Numbered from the stretch's first letter, positions 1 to 12,859 are shown. The stretch is 64,000 bases of DNA from the human T2T-CHM13v2.0 reference genome, Homo sapiens (GCF_009914755.1 NC_060947.1); one strand, 5' to 3'. The notes: generated from the letters alone by a model not told the origin. Made by a program: numbers and translations.

Positions 1-120
1 AAATCCTCTCAGTCCTTAAAATGGACTACAAGGTACATTTCGCATAAGAGGAATTTAAAATAGGGTATTCAAAATTGAGAGGGTTGAACTGGTGGCTTTG
101 GGGTCATTTGTAGCTTTAAA

Positions 121-415
121 TTTAATTTAATTTTAAGAGATGGAGTCTCACTACGTCACCCAGGCTGGAGTACACTGGCATGATCATAGCTCACTGCAGC
201 CTTGAACTGAACTCCTAGGTTCAAGAAATCCTCTTGCCTCAGCTTCCCAAGTAGCTGGGACTACAAACTTGGCTTTTTTTTTTTTTTTTTTATGTTTTGT
301 AGAAATGGTATCTCACTATGTTGCCCAGGCTGGTCTCAAACTCTTGGCCTCTAGTGATCCTCCCACCCCCACCTCGGCCTCCCAAAGTGCTGGGATTATG
401 GGGACATGTCCCACC
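121..415 (-). mobile_element. AluJ-type SINE
   Basis: Antisense Alu dimer with J-like positions (gatcatagctcactgcagccttgaac; ctatgttgcccaggctggtctc) and T-rich linker. Confidence 0.9.
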
Positions 416-1289
416 AGGAACTTTAATATTTTAAATAAAATGTGCCACATATATATTATGAGCAGGCCCCAATGTAATAAAGGTTGTATTTTAAACAAAT
501 ATCCCGCTAGCATTCTATCATATTTTTGTACATAGCTTTGAAGGCAGCAAATCTTTATCCTTTAAATTTTTGGAAATAATCCAAAGCCATTCAGTGCCCA
601 ACATCTGATGAATTGTTTCATTCAATTACAAACAATTATTGAGTACAATTACTCAGCAAATAAAAGGTATGGCTATAAAATAATATAACAGTCTGCTGAG
701 GATCATAAAACAGTCCTTAAGTAGTTCCAGAAAAGGAACTCTAAAATTATATTGCCAAGGGACGGTATTTGTAGATACAGCATATAAGACTCTTATGAAG
801 TTCTAATGCTTGTCCCTCTCCTAAATAAACAAACAAATGAACAAGCAAAAATGTATAACACTATTTGCTTTTCTTCCCAGGAAAATGTTTTACTTTTTCA
901 TTTGTTTTTACTTTCAGAAAAATTTGAGAATGCTTTTGGAAACATGTCATACATGTAAATATCATGCATCAAGTCTCAGGAGGGTAAAAAAAAAGCACTG
1001 GAATCAAAGGGAAGCAAGAAGATTCATTTCAAGGAAGACAGATCCAAGGCTGTTGTGAATGTCAAATGAGCGTAAAGACTTGATAACTGGCAGAATAGAG
1101 AAAAGTTGGTTACAATCTCCCAGAAATCTACAAAGGATGAAGAGGCTTTAGGATGAGGTGACAATAGGGATAAAGAGAGGGAATTGTTTCTAGAGCAATT
1201 TTTGAAGTAGAATTCACAGAATTTGGAAGCCAGTTTAATACATGTGTCAGTAGATTGGGAAAGAGAGATCAAGAGAAAGGTAGAAGGTA

Positions 1290-1620
1290 ATTCTTAGGTT
1301 TCCAGTTTTAGAGACAATTAAGTTAGACAATTACACTACACTGAAAACACAGAAAATTTAACTTTCTTTTAGGGGCAAGATAATGCATTCTACTTGACAC
1401 ATTTTGCAGCCTGTAGCATATCCAGGTGGTAATGTAGGTTAGGTGGCAGAAAGTACAGTTCTGGAGATCAGGAGAAGAGTGTAAGATGGAAGTTGACACT
1501 GAGGAGTCTTAATGTTAACTGAAGCCAACAGACAAAGCTACTCAAAATGTGCAGAGAGAAAGAAGAGAGACAATTAAGAATGGAACATCAACATTTAAAA
1601 TTGCATTGAAGACAGAGAAC
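1290..1620 (-). mobile_element. L2 LINE fragment (probably continues at about 2780-3150)
   Basis: Degenerate L2-like sequence (ctggagatcaggagaagag...ggagtc); boundaries approximate. Confidence 0.5.
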
Positions 1621-1639
1621 TTGCACTGATCATTGTTAC

Positions 1640-2670
1640 AACTCCCAACTTTGTATCTTGAGCTACTCCCCATAACTTAAGATTCATATATCCAGCTATC
1701 TACTCCACACATCTCCTAGATGTATAATAGGCATTTCAAATGTAACATATCCACATCTTCCTCCCAAAATATGTTACTCCTGGAGCCTTCCCCATCTCAG
1801 TAAATGATGACCCCATCTTTCCGTTGCTCAGGCTAAAAATTCTTGAGTCTTCTTGACTCTTTCTCTCACACCTAAATTTATTCCATTATAAAATCTGTTG
1901 TGCTCTGTACCCAAAATATAGTAGAATCCAACCACTCCTCACCACATTCACCTCTCCCATTCTGATCCCAGCCACAGTCATCTCTTGACTGAATTATGAC
2001 AACAGTTTCCTAATGGTCTCACTACTTCTGTTTAGTCTATTGTAACAGAGGAGCCAGATAAGACAAAACATGTCACTCCTCCATTCAAAACCCTCCAATA
2101 ACTCCCATCTCATTCAGATTAAAAGCTAAAGTCCACAGGCCTAAAAGGCCAATATAATCAGATGCCAGTTACCCCTCTAAATTTATTGTCAACTACCTTC
2201 CTGCTCGCTTGATCCTTTTCTGCCTAACTGATCTCCCTTTTAAGGTTCCTTCAACATGCCAAGAATATTCCTGCTTTGGGGCATTTTAACTTATTAGGAC
2301 TCTCCTGGACTACTTTTTCCCCCCCAATTATACATATGGCCCACATCCTCAGGTCTTTTAGAATTTGCTTAAATGCCACCTTTTCAGTAAGACCTTTTTT
2401 GATTACCACATTTTCATGGCAGCACTCCTCTTCCACCTCCCTCTCTCTCTCCACTTGTTTTCCTCTTTGTTCTTCCACACTGTGTGTATGACCATCTGAC
2501 ACATCATGTATTTAATTTTTATTTGTCAATGTCTGTCTTCCAACTTCTGCTTCCAAGAATATAAGCTTTATGAGGGTAGGGCTTTTCATTGCTCTATACC
2601 AAGTACCAATTACTGGGCCTACCTAGCACAAACTTCATACAAAAGTATTTGTTGAGTAAGTAAATTAATT
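1640..2670 (+). mobile_element. L2a LINE 3' portion
   Basis: L2-like body (cccatctcagtaaatg...gttgctcaggctaaaa) ending in L2 terminus aagctttatgagggtaggg...tatttgttgagtaagtaa. Confidence 0.75.
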
Positions 2671-3486
2671 TTTATGGTGTCGATGGCAGATGATATTTTA
2701 CTGAGTTCTTACTACGCACTAGGCATTGTGCCAAGCACCTCACAATTATTATATGATTAGAGAAATGAGATATTCAAGATAATATTGTTCTGGGAACCAA
2801 GGAGGATAAAGTTTTGATTAGCAGAGTTGACCAACAGGATCAATGTTAAAATATAGTCAAGAAGATGGACGAATTAAAATACACTAATTAGCTATTACAA
2901 AGTCACTGATGATCTTAGTAAGTCCTTGTTTTCATAAAGTGGTGGTGCTGGGGAAGTGAGACTGGAGTGGGTCAAAGTACAACTAGTAGCTAAAGAACAG
3001 GAAACAGTAATGCCAACTACTGCTTAAAAATGATATAGTAAGCAGAAGCAAGTACAGCTGGATAGAAAAAAAATGATATACTAAAAAAGTTCTCTTAGGA
3101 TGAGGGAGACTTGAGTATGTTGGCCTGCTAAAGGGGAGGAGCAAAAAGAAAGAAGAAATTGAATATCCCAAAAAAAGGAAAGTAGAATAATTACTAAAAC
3201 AACATGTTGGAGAATGTAAAAGAGATCTAGTGTTTAACTAGAGTAGCTCCTTGCTACACACAAAATAGGGCTCAATTGTTTTCTCTTTTCTTGTTGCAAT
3301 GAAGATGAGAAAGGACCTAGGAATAGAGAAGCAAAGAGTGACTTACAAGTGCCTTCAAGGTTGTCAAAGACGGAGAAAACAGGTCAAAATGTTTTCAGAT
3401 GATCAACTATTAATTTTGATCATTAAAATACAAAACAGTATTATAAAGAACAGAGAATACTGAGATGTTATGGAAGAAAATGTGTT

Positions 3487-3563
3487 TGTATGTATATGCA
3501 TGCATATGCATATACACGTATATGTATATATGTACACACATACATGTACACACATGTACATGC
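3487..3563. repeat. 77-bp strictly alternating pyrimidine/purine tract (TA/TG/CA mix)
   Basis: tgtatgtatatgcatgcatatgcatatacacgtata...catgtacatgc read directly. Confidence 0.85.
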
Positions 3564-4710
3564 TGAATCTTTCTTAGAACCTAGAGGGATTTTTTAGTAT
3601 CTGGGAGCTTAGCTAAGGAACTTCTAGGCATGTTTAACCCTCTGATGCAAGGACCATCTCCTCTGCTTGATGAGTTTGTACCTGGCTAGTTGGCAGTTGT
3701 GGAAGCCCTCATACAGCTACAAGCAGACAATTCAGAGTTAATGCTTATTTCTTGTTTAAAGAGTGATCCTGGAACAGAAATAAGGAAATGAAATCTCATG
3801 ACAGTGTCATCATAAAGTCATCAGCCAGATGGCAGTCCTTGAAATCTAATCCTTAGAGGCTTCTCACAATAATTTGTAATATCACATCTAATATTATCTT
3901 ATTCACAAACTCATATCTATTCACAGAGATTGAAGACAAAGAAATGAACTTGCAGAGGCTCACATTTCTGGCTTTATATGTTATCATGGACTCTGTAAGG
4001 ACTACGATAAGGAAAACAACATATTTTCCTACATAGGTCACAACAATAATCTATGTTCAGATCTGGGTTTCTAAACTGTACAATTTAGTTGAGAAGCAGC
4101 CTTCTCTTTTTTCCATAGATAGATTAGTTCCTTTTAAGCATAAATGCCTATTTATATTTATTCTATATAAAATGGCAAGTAAAAATGATCATATCAAAAG
4201 CCACTGTAGAATTTGAAGACTCATCTGATGTATTAATAAACTTAAACAGCAAAATATAAACATTAGTTTACTTTTTTATTATGTCTTGAAACTGCAACAT
4301 GGCAGTGTCTGATATCAAAGCAAATTTCTTTCAAGTACATTTTATATCTTATTTAACATTCAACAGTTTAAAACTAAAGATTTTATTACTAATTTAAATA
4401 TTCTTCCAAGTGTACAAAAATTTTGCCTAGGTTTCTCCATGTGACTGAAAGTCTCAGTGCAGGCAATGCATTAGTGTTTCATAGTAAAATGGTGTCTAAC
4501 CTGAACTGTGAGAAATGATGTAATCAGAAAACTTTCCACAGAATCCCTCCTACCTAAAAAGCTATAGTTACAGAACTTTTTCAAAGATATGAGATACTTT
4601 TTCTCCATAACCCAAATATTGACATTATTAATCTTTCCTTTTTAAGATGAGTTTAATATAACAACAAAAGTGAAAATGCCATCCTGTCATAGTTGTAGTT
4701 TTTGAGACCA

Positions 4711-5101
4711 ACACAAATACCATGGAATACTACGTAGCCATAAAAAAAGAATGAGATCATGTCCTTTGCAGGGACATAGATGGATCTGGAGGCCATTGTC
4801 CTTATCAAACTAATACAGGAACAAAAAACCAAATACCCCATGTTCTCATTTATAAGTGGGAGCTAAATGATGAGAACACATGGACACGTAGAGGGGAACA
4901 ACACATGCTAGGGACTATTAGAGTGTGGAGGGTGGGAGGAGCGAGAGGATCAGGAAAGTCAACTAACGGGTACCAGGATTAATACCTAGGTGATGAAATA
5001 ATCTGTACAACAGACCCCCATGACACAAGTTTACCTATGTAACAAACCTGCACATGTACCCCTGAACTTAAAAGTGAAAAAATAAAAATAAAAATAAAAA
5101 A
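4711..5101 (+). mobile_element. L1 3' end, older primate L1PA (about L1PA13-like), 5'-truncated
   Basis: ORF2 tail (catggaatactac), 3'UTR ...aacctgcacatgtacccctgaacttaaaa, A-rich tail. Confidence 0.85.
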
Positions 5102-5257
5102 GAAAATGTATAAATAGAAAAAATCAGGCAGAAACAAGTAAATGCATTACAACAAGCCACTGTGTAGAGACAACACTTTTTATTTATAAATAGAGGCAAT
5201 AAGATTTTTGAAGTAGCACAGTAAATAATTATTATAAATGTACCCTAAACTGCTTAA

Positions 5258-5386
5258 CCCATTTATGCCTAAGGTTGCAATTTTTTGAATTTTTGCAATC
5301 AGACCTTGGTGAGGACCTTGAACAGTAGAATATAAATAATTCCCACATGCTTAGTATTCCAATAATGGAACACTAGGATAAATAGC
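5258..5386 (-). mobile_element. MER85 non-autonomous piggyBac element
   Basis: TTAA (5254-5257) then CCCATTTATGCCT terminal repeat, gttgcaattttttgaatttttgcaatcagaccttgg, internal palindrome ttccaataatggaa; other terminus degraded. Confidence 0.9.
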
Positions 5387-5489
5387 TAAAGTGAACATAG
5401 ACAAAGATGATCTAGAGCAGGACTATCAGTAAAACTTTCTGTGATTGGTGGTTACCTGATGCTGGGAAGGGTAGGGGGTGAGGGGATGA

Positions 5490-6052
5490 ACTTGATTCGA
5501 TTTTGCAGGCTCAGAGATGGAAGGGAATTTGCCTCACGATGAATTGTGCCTTGAGTCTCACCCATATCTAATTTATATTAGATTGCACTTTTGAGTTTAT
5601 GCTGAAATAAGATTTTTGGGGCTTTGGGGATGAAATGAATGTATTTTGTCTTTGAGAAGAACAAGAATTTTGGGGAAAAGGGGGCAGAATGCTATGGTTT
5701 AATGTTTTTCCCTTCCCAAACTTATGGTAAAATTTAATTGCCATTGCAACAGTAGTAAATGTGACCTTGAAGAGGTGATTAGGACATGAAGGCTCTGCCT
5801 TCATGAACGGATTAGCATCATTATTGTGGGAGTGAGTTTCATATAAGGACAAGTTTGGCCCCATTTTTTCTCTCTTTTGGTCTTCCACCTTCCATCATGG
5901 AATCATGACACAACAAGAAGGCCCTTACCAGATTCCAGCCCCTTGATCTTGGACTTCGCAGCCTCCAGAACTATGAGCCAACAAATCCCTGTTCATTATA
6001 AATTACCCAGTCTGTGGTATTTTGTTACGGAAGCACGAAAAGGACTAAGACA
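5490..6052 (+). mobile_element. MaLR MST-type LTR (5690-6052) preceded by about 200 bp of internal sequence with polypurine tract
   Basis: PPT ggggaaaagggggcagaa, then TGctatggttt...ggactaagaCA; typical ttcattataaattacccagtctgtggtattttgtta. Confidence 0.85.
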
Positions 6053-6079
6053 AGGACAACAGAAGTAGGTTGCATTTGG

Positions 6080-6310
6080 AGAAAGAGATTGGAAGAAGGC
6101 AAAGATGAGTTTAGCTTTGGACCTCTTCAATGTGAAGTTCCTGTGGGACATTAACATCGAAAGAAAGCAGCAGGATCTACATGTCTAAAACTCAAAAGAT
6201 CATTCTCAGCTGGAATTATAGATGGGTAGTCATCAACAGACTGAAACTACACAAGTGGATGAATTCTTGCAAAGAGTACATGTGAAGTGAGAAAAGAACA
6301 GGGAAGAACT
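6080..6310 (-). mobile_element. L2 fragment
   Basis: gatgagtttagctttggac...gctggaattatagatgggtagtcatca resembles antisense L2. Confidence 0.55.
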
Positions 6311-7394
6311 TTATAGACATGAGTCAGAAGTAGCTTGGTGAATTGCAGATTCTGTACAGGCTAAAAATGTGAGTTGGCTTCTAAAATTCTCATTTACTTT
6401 ACCCATAGGGGAAGTAAGTATATGCATTCCTTAGCTGATAGCTTTTTGGAACCAAGCCAAAAAATATAAACTGGAAGTCATTCCCATGAAGAATCCAGAG
6501 ACCTTGATAAAACAATTTTTTAAAAAACTGAGAGAGTGGCTTGGGCCATCAAGGAGCATGAGAATGAAGAGAGGGGTCTGTCAGAAAGAGTAGTATAGAT
6601 AGACTAGATCAGTGTCCTCAAGCTCTAGTTTCATACCATGAGCAAGCTTTTTTCTTGGCCCCTTAGTTTATATTACCTAAACTCATCAAATTAATCTCTG
6701 ACTTTAATTTGCTTTCCCCAAAAGACTTCTCTTTGAGAAGCAGATATTTCCCACTAAGATCTAATGGTTGACTCTCTGATACCAATTGATTCCATGTGAA
6801 TAATTCTTCCTGAACCTAATCTGTCCCTGTTTAATTGAACACATATAAGATCTGTATTTTGAGAAGAAAGTCCAAGCCTTGCCATTGAGAAAAAGTAGTT
6901 ACTATGAGAATTTTTCCAAATATCAGCTCCATATTCAAGTTTGCCCTTTCTCCACCAGGGTCTTTTTCATAGGGCTCCAATTAAAACTTCCCAACTTTAG
7001 GTTGAATCTTCTTTTCCATGGTCTTTTCCATCTATACACCTACTGTCTGGAATTCAGGATTAGAGTTGCTCTATTCCCCAGGGTGACCAGCTTAAATTCA
7101 GCTTCACAGGAGTTTTTACTCTCTAATGTCTAGCTCAGTTTCAAAATTTAGTTGGCCGCTTAATTTCCATATATCATTATCTCATTTCTCCTAAGACTTC
7201 CTACTCTTAGTTCAAAATCTGTTTTGGCCCCAGTGGTGACTTTTACTTCTTGTTAAAAATCACCGAGCTTATTTTTTCAGTAATTGATGTCATATTTTGG
7301 AACTCAATTATTTTTCACCGTGGTCTTCCTCATATTGTACAGGTGCTATTTTTTCAGCTTGCACAAGGTAATTGTACATTCTGCAAAGGGAGTC

Positions 7395-7620
7395 ATCATT
7401 CAAAAAACATTTACTAGCTCCCTATTATATCACGTGGTTCAGGACCTGGGGATGTATCAAATGAGAAAGACAAAATCTCTGCCCTCATGGCATTTAGATT
7501 AATTTAAAGGACAAATATTTAACAATTAGTTACATAATTTATATTTTTATTTATGATTGGAATAAATGCTAGTGAAAAAAGCACTAGAGATCAAGAGAGG
7601 TATAATAAGGATACAAGGCT
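7395..7620 (-). mobile_element. L2 3' end
   Basis: tcattcaaaaaacatttactagc...aagacaaaatctctgccctcatgg. Confidence 0.6.
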
Positions 7621-8152
7621 TAGTTTGAGGAGATACTGTCTATAAGCGCTGTTAATTTCCATTCATATATAATGGGAAATGAAGTGACGAGTCATATTGC
7701 CCTCCACAAATTTTCCCATTGGGTGTGTGGAGTGAGATACTAGGATGAGACCATGTACAGCTATAACTCTATCATGAATCCCAAAGTGACTTATTTATCA
7801 GATAACAGGTAAGGCAGTGTGCGCCATGATGAGATAGAAAGATATTCCTTTGGATAGAGTTATCAAAGTAGACTGATAAATGGCTCTTCTAGCTATAAAT
7901 CAGTATTTTGCTTTTTGTTTAATCTCTTGGTTATGTCACTACTTTTGTGACAGCGGGCAAATGAGATCTTATGTTCCTCGTTTTTAAAATAGAAGTCTGA
8001 GCCAAGTCCGTGAGTTTAGTTGGTATTTATCGTCTTGAACCCTCCCAAGCTCCAGTTTAGCTGGATTGGAAAAACAAATCCTCATGGTCCATCCAGTTTC
8101 ACCACCCCATTATTACAGCCAACAGTAGTTTTAGAAATAATATAATTCATAC

Positions 8153-8307
8153 CTTTTATGAATGCTTCTCCAAGAGGCATTGATATTCTCTGTTATCATG
8201 TGGACTTTTCTGGTATCATCTGCAGAATAATCCCGGAGAAGTTTCAGGGCCAAGTCATTTGCCACATCTACATTTGTCTGCCACTGGCGGAGGTCTTTGG
8301 CCAACTG
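8153..8307 (-). CDS. DMD: Dystrophin exon 54 (155 nt, phase 0 to 2): QLAKDLRQWQTNVDVANDLALKLLRDYSADDTRKVHMITENINASWRSIHK(R), spectrin-like rod domain
   Basis: Acceptor ctatag|CAG, donor AAG|gtatga, candidate branch point CTGAC (A at 8339); peptide recognised; in frame with exon 53. Confidence 0.98.
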
Positions 8308-9249
8308 CTATAGATTTTTATGAGAAAGAGAATGAATGTCAGTTTTTTTTATGAAATCTCTAGTTGGAGTGTCTTAAAATACTTCGTAAACAGCTTCTGA
8401 ATCCTCAGGTCAGAATACATATATTAGATTGCTTTTAACCTACCATATGATTTAGTCAATCATGACAGTATAAGGTAACCCACCTTTCAGGACAAACTTT
8501 TCAAATGCAGCATCTTGAGCAATAACCAGTATCAAGTATTTCAACTTAGTAGCAATTAATTGGCAATAAAGTGGGCTTAATTGTTTTTATCACAAGAGAA
8601 AAAAACTACAAAAATAAGCTCATATATAATTGTTGAATATGTGACATATAACAACATTTGAACGAAAAAAACCTCATACATTTCTTTCCCTCTTCATTAA
8701 CTTGTTGAATTGTTTATGTAATTAGTGCCATCTACTGGCGTTCAACTAAACCTGCATACAGAAAATATTGAACAACAAAAGAATAGTACTGTTATTCTAG
8801 TCACGAATTTTTTGAAGGATCAAAATACTTTTAGAATACCTTACTTTAAAATTAGAAAAAAAGTCAAAATATAAGAATCTTACTAAACCAAATCACCTAC
8901 ATTTTCTTCGTTGTTTGTCTTTGGCAATTCAGTGTTTTCAAACTTGCTATCTCATCACTTGAAACATATTTCAAAGAAAGAAGTCAATTAATGGTAGGTT
9001 TTATCTCGAAGCATATCAACCTGAAATTTCTATTAAACATTTCTGCAAGTGCAGAGAGGAGGCTTCTAAGCATTAAGATAATACTAATTGTTAAGATAGT
9101 TATATCAAATTCAATAGGATGGGTTAAGTCATTGATAAATGGACACAGGAATAGGAACAGGTAGTTCAAACAAGAGAAAGAGTGGGATGATTTTATTTAA
9201 AAAGAAAAAAGTTAACTTTCAAGTAATAAAAAATAGAGTATTAAATTGA

Positions 9250-9521
9250 AAAGGTACAATTGGACACCAATTAAATTAACAAAAAATAAAATCCAAAGCT
9301 GAAAAGACCAGTAAAACTAGCACATTCACGTATTACTGCTGGGGACCGTTATCTATTAGGACAATTTGGCAATAGATACCAAGTGACATACAAATGCTTA
9401 TTCCCATTGACTCAATAATCTCACTTTTGGTACTTTATCCTGATAAAATCTTCAAAAGAAGATCAATATACTATATGACTTAAAATCTTCATTAACCAAA
9501 GCAGTAAAAAAATGAGAAACA
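9250..9521 (+). mobile_element. Old L1 (L1ME/MC-like) fragment interrupted by the Alu at 9522
   Basis: ggacaatttggcaatag...cccattgactcaataatctcacttttggtactttatcc. Confidence 0.55.
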
Positions 9522-9802
9522 GGCCGGGTGCGGTGGCTCATGCCTGTAATCCCAGCACTTAGGGAGGCCAAGGCGGGTGGATCACGAGGTCAGGAGTTCA
9601 AGACCAGTCTGGCCAAGATGGTGAAACACCGTCTCTACTAAAAATATAAAAATTAGCCGGGTGTGCTGGTAGGCTCCTGTAATCCCAGCTACTCGGGAGG
9701 CTGAGGCAGAGAATTGCTTGAACCCAGGAGATGGAAGTTGCAGTGAGCCAAGATCACGCCACTGCACTCCAGCCTGGGCGACAGAGTGAGACTCCATCTC
9801 GG

Positions 9803-9831
<29 letters not shown>
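9522..9831 (+). mobile_element. AluSg-type SINE with A29 tail
   Basis: Full dimer ggccgggtgcggtggctca...; ggatcacgaggtcaggagttc; TSD core GAGAAACA on both sides. Confidence 0.95.
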
Positions 9832-9837
<6 letters not shown>

Positions 9838-11870
9838 CAATGTCGATGTTTAATGCAGGGACATTAAAAGAACATAATACATCATTCCAATGGTCCAATA
9901 TGTAGCAAATGTGCACAGTAATCACTGTAAAAAGAGCACAATTTTCTTGTGTAAAAAACAGAACACAATTTTTAACTACACTGTGTTTATCTCTAAGAAT
10001 ACATAATCATGAGCTGAACACGAAATGGAAGAAATTGAAAATAATGCTTCTGAGGAGAAAAATCATTTTTGTTTTAATATTTGTTCTTTTGCGTTAGTAT
10101 GATATTTACAGAATAAAAATCAAACAGTGTTCTTAGCATAATTTCAGCGTGTTTGGTGAACTCCTATTGAACATATACAATCTATATATAATGTAATTTC
10201 TCAGTTAACTAAAACATCCTAGAATCAAACCAAGTAATAGTATTTACTGCATATAGCAAATAGACCCAGATTACCAAACTATTATCAAGAAGCTAATGCC
10301 AATATCACTGACTTTTGCTATGAAAGCAGAGGACAGTGTCTAAAGGCACAGAGCATAGTTGCTGCTATTACAAAACAATTAACATTTATCCGCGTGGAAT
10401 GCCTGCCTTTTCTTCCATACTCCTTTTATCAAGCATTACAGTTTCTATTCTCCACTTTTCAGATCCTCGCACTATTTGAAAGCCCTTCTGAGGGAACTTC
10501 TGCCAAAGGCTTGCCTTTTCTAGAAATATCCTAGGGTACAAAATTACCACTTCTTTCTTTCTCCTCCTCACTTAAGCCAAACCTAAAGTGATAAAAGAAA
10601 TGTATTCCAAGATACGAAAGAACATGTAATTGGCCCTTAGTATCCAGAGGGTGCTATTTGCATTTTAAAAGAAGAGCTTATTATCTCTCATCTATTAAAT
10701 TGCTAATTAATAGCATGAACATCCACAAAACTGAGACCAATAACTTGGTTACCTTTTTTTCAAATGAATTCCTTTTATAAAACACTGAATTGTTAATAAA
10801 ATACTTATGATGGACCAGTATCAGAGCATATATGTAAAAGCTCAGGAATACAAAATAAAAACAAAATTTTTAGTAAATATATAATTAAAATCATTTATTT
10901 TACTCAAGCAAGTTAAATAACCTTGGAAGCCACCCATCACTCATAGGTTCCTGTTTGAAAAGTCTAGATATAAGAGGTTATACCATTTGGATGGTTTCAT
11001 GGGTATATGCACATGTTCTAGCCCATATAATTTTATGCAGTTTTTGTATATCAATTACACTTCAATAAAGCTGTTAAAATTAAAAAACATAAAATGCAGA
11101 AGGTGCCAATGAATCTAAAAACATAATCAATAGATCATAAAAATGCCTAAAATTATAAATTATAACATATCCTAGAATTTTCCAAAATCTCTGAAAGAAA
11201 TAGTAAGCTAGAGTTAAATGACAGATTTCCTACTAAACAAGGTAGTAAAGAGTGAGGCTTGACGTCAAACCAGAACTTTTTGATGTACTTTAATGCTTGA
11301 AAGGTAGAAATACGCGTGCCATATATTTTTCTGCAAAATTGTATTCACAGCGAAAGTTAGGACTGTTATACCTAAGGAAATCTTGACTGAGTGCTAACCC
11401 TCACTGAATACTGCCCAGGTTTTGTGAGGATGTAGGATTAAAAAGTAAAACTCCCACTGACCTTGACTGACATTGAGGGGGCTCAGGCCCTTATATAAAC
11501 ACAAAGGTTCTCAAAGGTAGCCTTTTTTTTTTTTCTCCCTTCTTAAAGACATTCCCCACACAGAATGTTTTCCCTTTCTCCTACGGTAATATTCTGCCCG
11601 CCCACCTTGGGTTTTACCCAAGTGTCATTCACACTAGGAACCATGACCTTGACCAGCTTTGCCTACTGCTGTGAAATTTACTACTGGGATAACTCCAGAC
11701 CTCAGAAGGAGTGTAAATTCAAAAATACAACAGACTTCACACACACCCTTTTCTCTTTCTGAATTCCATTGACAATGGTGTACACCACAGGGAATTGCTT
11801 GTGTGGTGATCATGGTGTGTGAAGAAATTTAAAATACTGTGAGCACTAGCTTATAAAAAAAGATTGCCTT

Positions 11871-11916
11871 TGTATATGTGTGTGTGTGTATGTGTGTGTG
11901 TGTGTATGTGTGTGTG
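11871..11916. repeat. Interrupted (TG)n microsatellite
   Basis: Direct read. Confidence 0.95.
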
Positions 11917-12211
11917 TTTTCTATGAAGAATATAAAATGCTAAATCCCCAAAAGATTGTTTCCCCAACCAGGAAAGAAATGTTTCACATTCAAACCCATT
12001 ATGCTGCTACTGCACTATGTGCTTGATATATATTCACAGTATCTTAGGTAGAAAAAGTGATTGTGGACTATGAGACAACCTGAATTAATTTCAAGAATTT
12101 TGAGTATTTTTTTCTACTTTAATTGTTTGTCTTCTCTCATTTCTTTTATGTGTAAGAACTTATTTTAGTGATATTGACCCTACATGGTAGAAAAGAGAGG
12201 AGGAAGAGAAA

Positions 12212-12485
12212 GAGTAGCTAAAAGCCTGAGCAATACAATGAGCCTGCTGGGTTTGAATCCTGGCGTGATCGCTTAGTGGCAAATGGGAGAGTTAATTATC
12301 TTTTCTGTGCCTCAGTTTCCTCCTTTGCTAAATGGGAATATTAACAGTATTTATGTGGAAATATGATTAGGTGGGTTAACTTAGAGAATTCAGGGAGAAC
12401 ATTTACAAAGGTGCCTGGCGTGCCCGAAGGATTAAATAAATATTAATCATCATCAGCATCAGCATCATCATCATCATTACTACTG
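12212..12485 (+). mobile_element. MIR SINE followed by (CAT)n tract
   Basis: gggtttgaatcctgg; core ctgtgcctcagtttcctc...aaatggg; gtgcctggc; taaataaatatt. Confidence 0.8.
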
Positions 12486-12859
12486 CTAGCACATCTACTA
12501 CTAATTTTAATGAGTCAAACTATATTCCCCACAGTGTGAGCCCCTTCTGAATGCAAAGCAAGTAGCTCGCTGTTTTATGGACATTGTCTAGAAATGCTGC
12601 AACTCTAAAATTCTCCCTTTAACTTGGAAGATAAAAGCAAGTGCATAGCTCTATCATTAAAATTTTAAGGTTGAATATTGGTTAAATTTCCTTTTAAAAT
12701 GTGTTTTGTGATATTCACCTACAAGTAAAATAAATGTTTGTTCCGGGTGAACTATTACTTAAATTTTTAATGACTGTGTCTCAAAGGAACTTCAAGAAAG
12801 GCAGTGCAGAGTAACGAAAGGACATCTTCCCAGGAAGTTTTGCTTGTCCATTGTTCTGC

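Noticed and set aside
5184-5193. MEF2-like site TTATAAATAG
   Set aside because: Expected many times by chance in DNA this AT-rich, with no supporting motif cluster
9522-9831. Antisense Alu near exon 54 as a ready pseudoexon
   Set aside because: Good T29 acceptor tract, but both usual donor positions lack GT (CAG|GAGCCT and CAG|GCATGA)
9582-9925. Alu-derived ORFs (also 269-535, 25494-25807, 52935-53205, 59127-59312)
   Set aside because: Typical translations of Alu sequence, not genes
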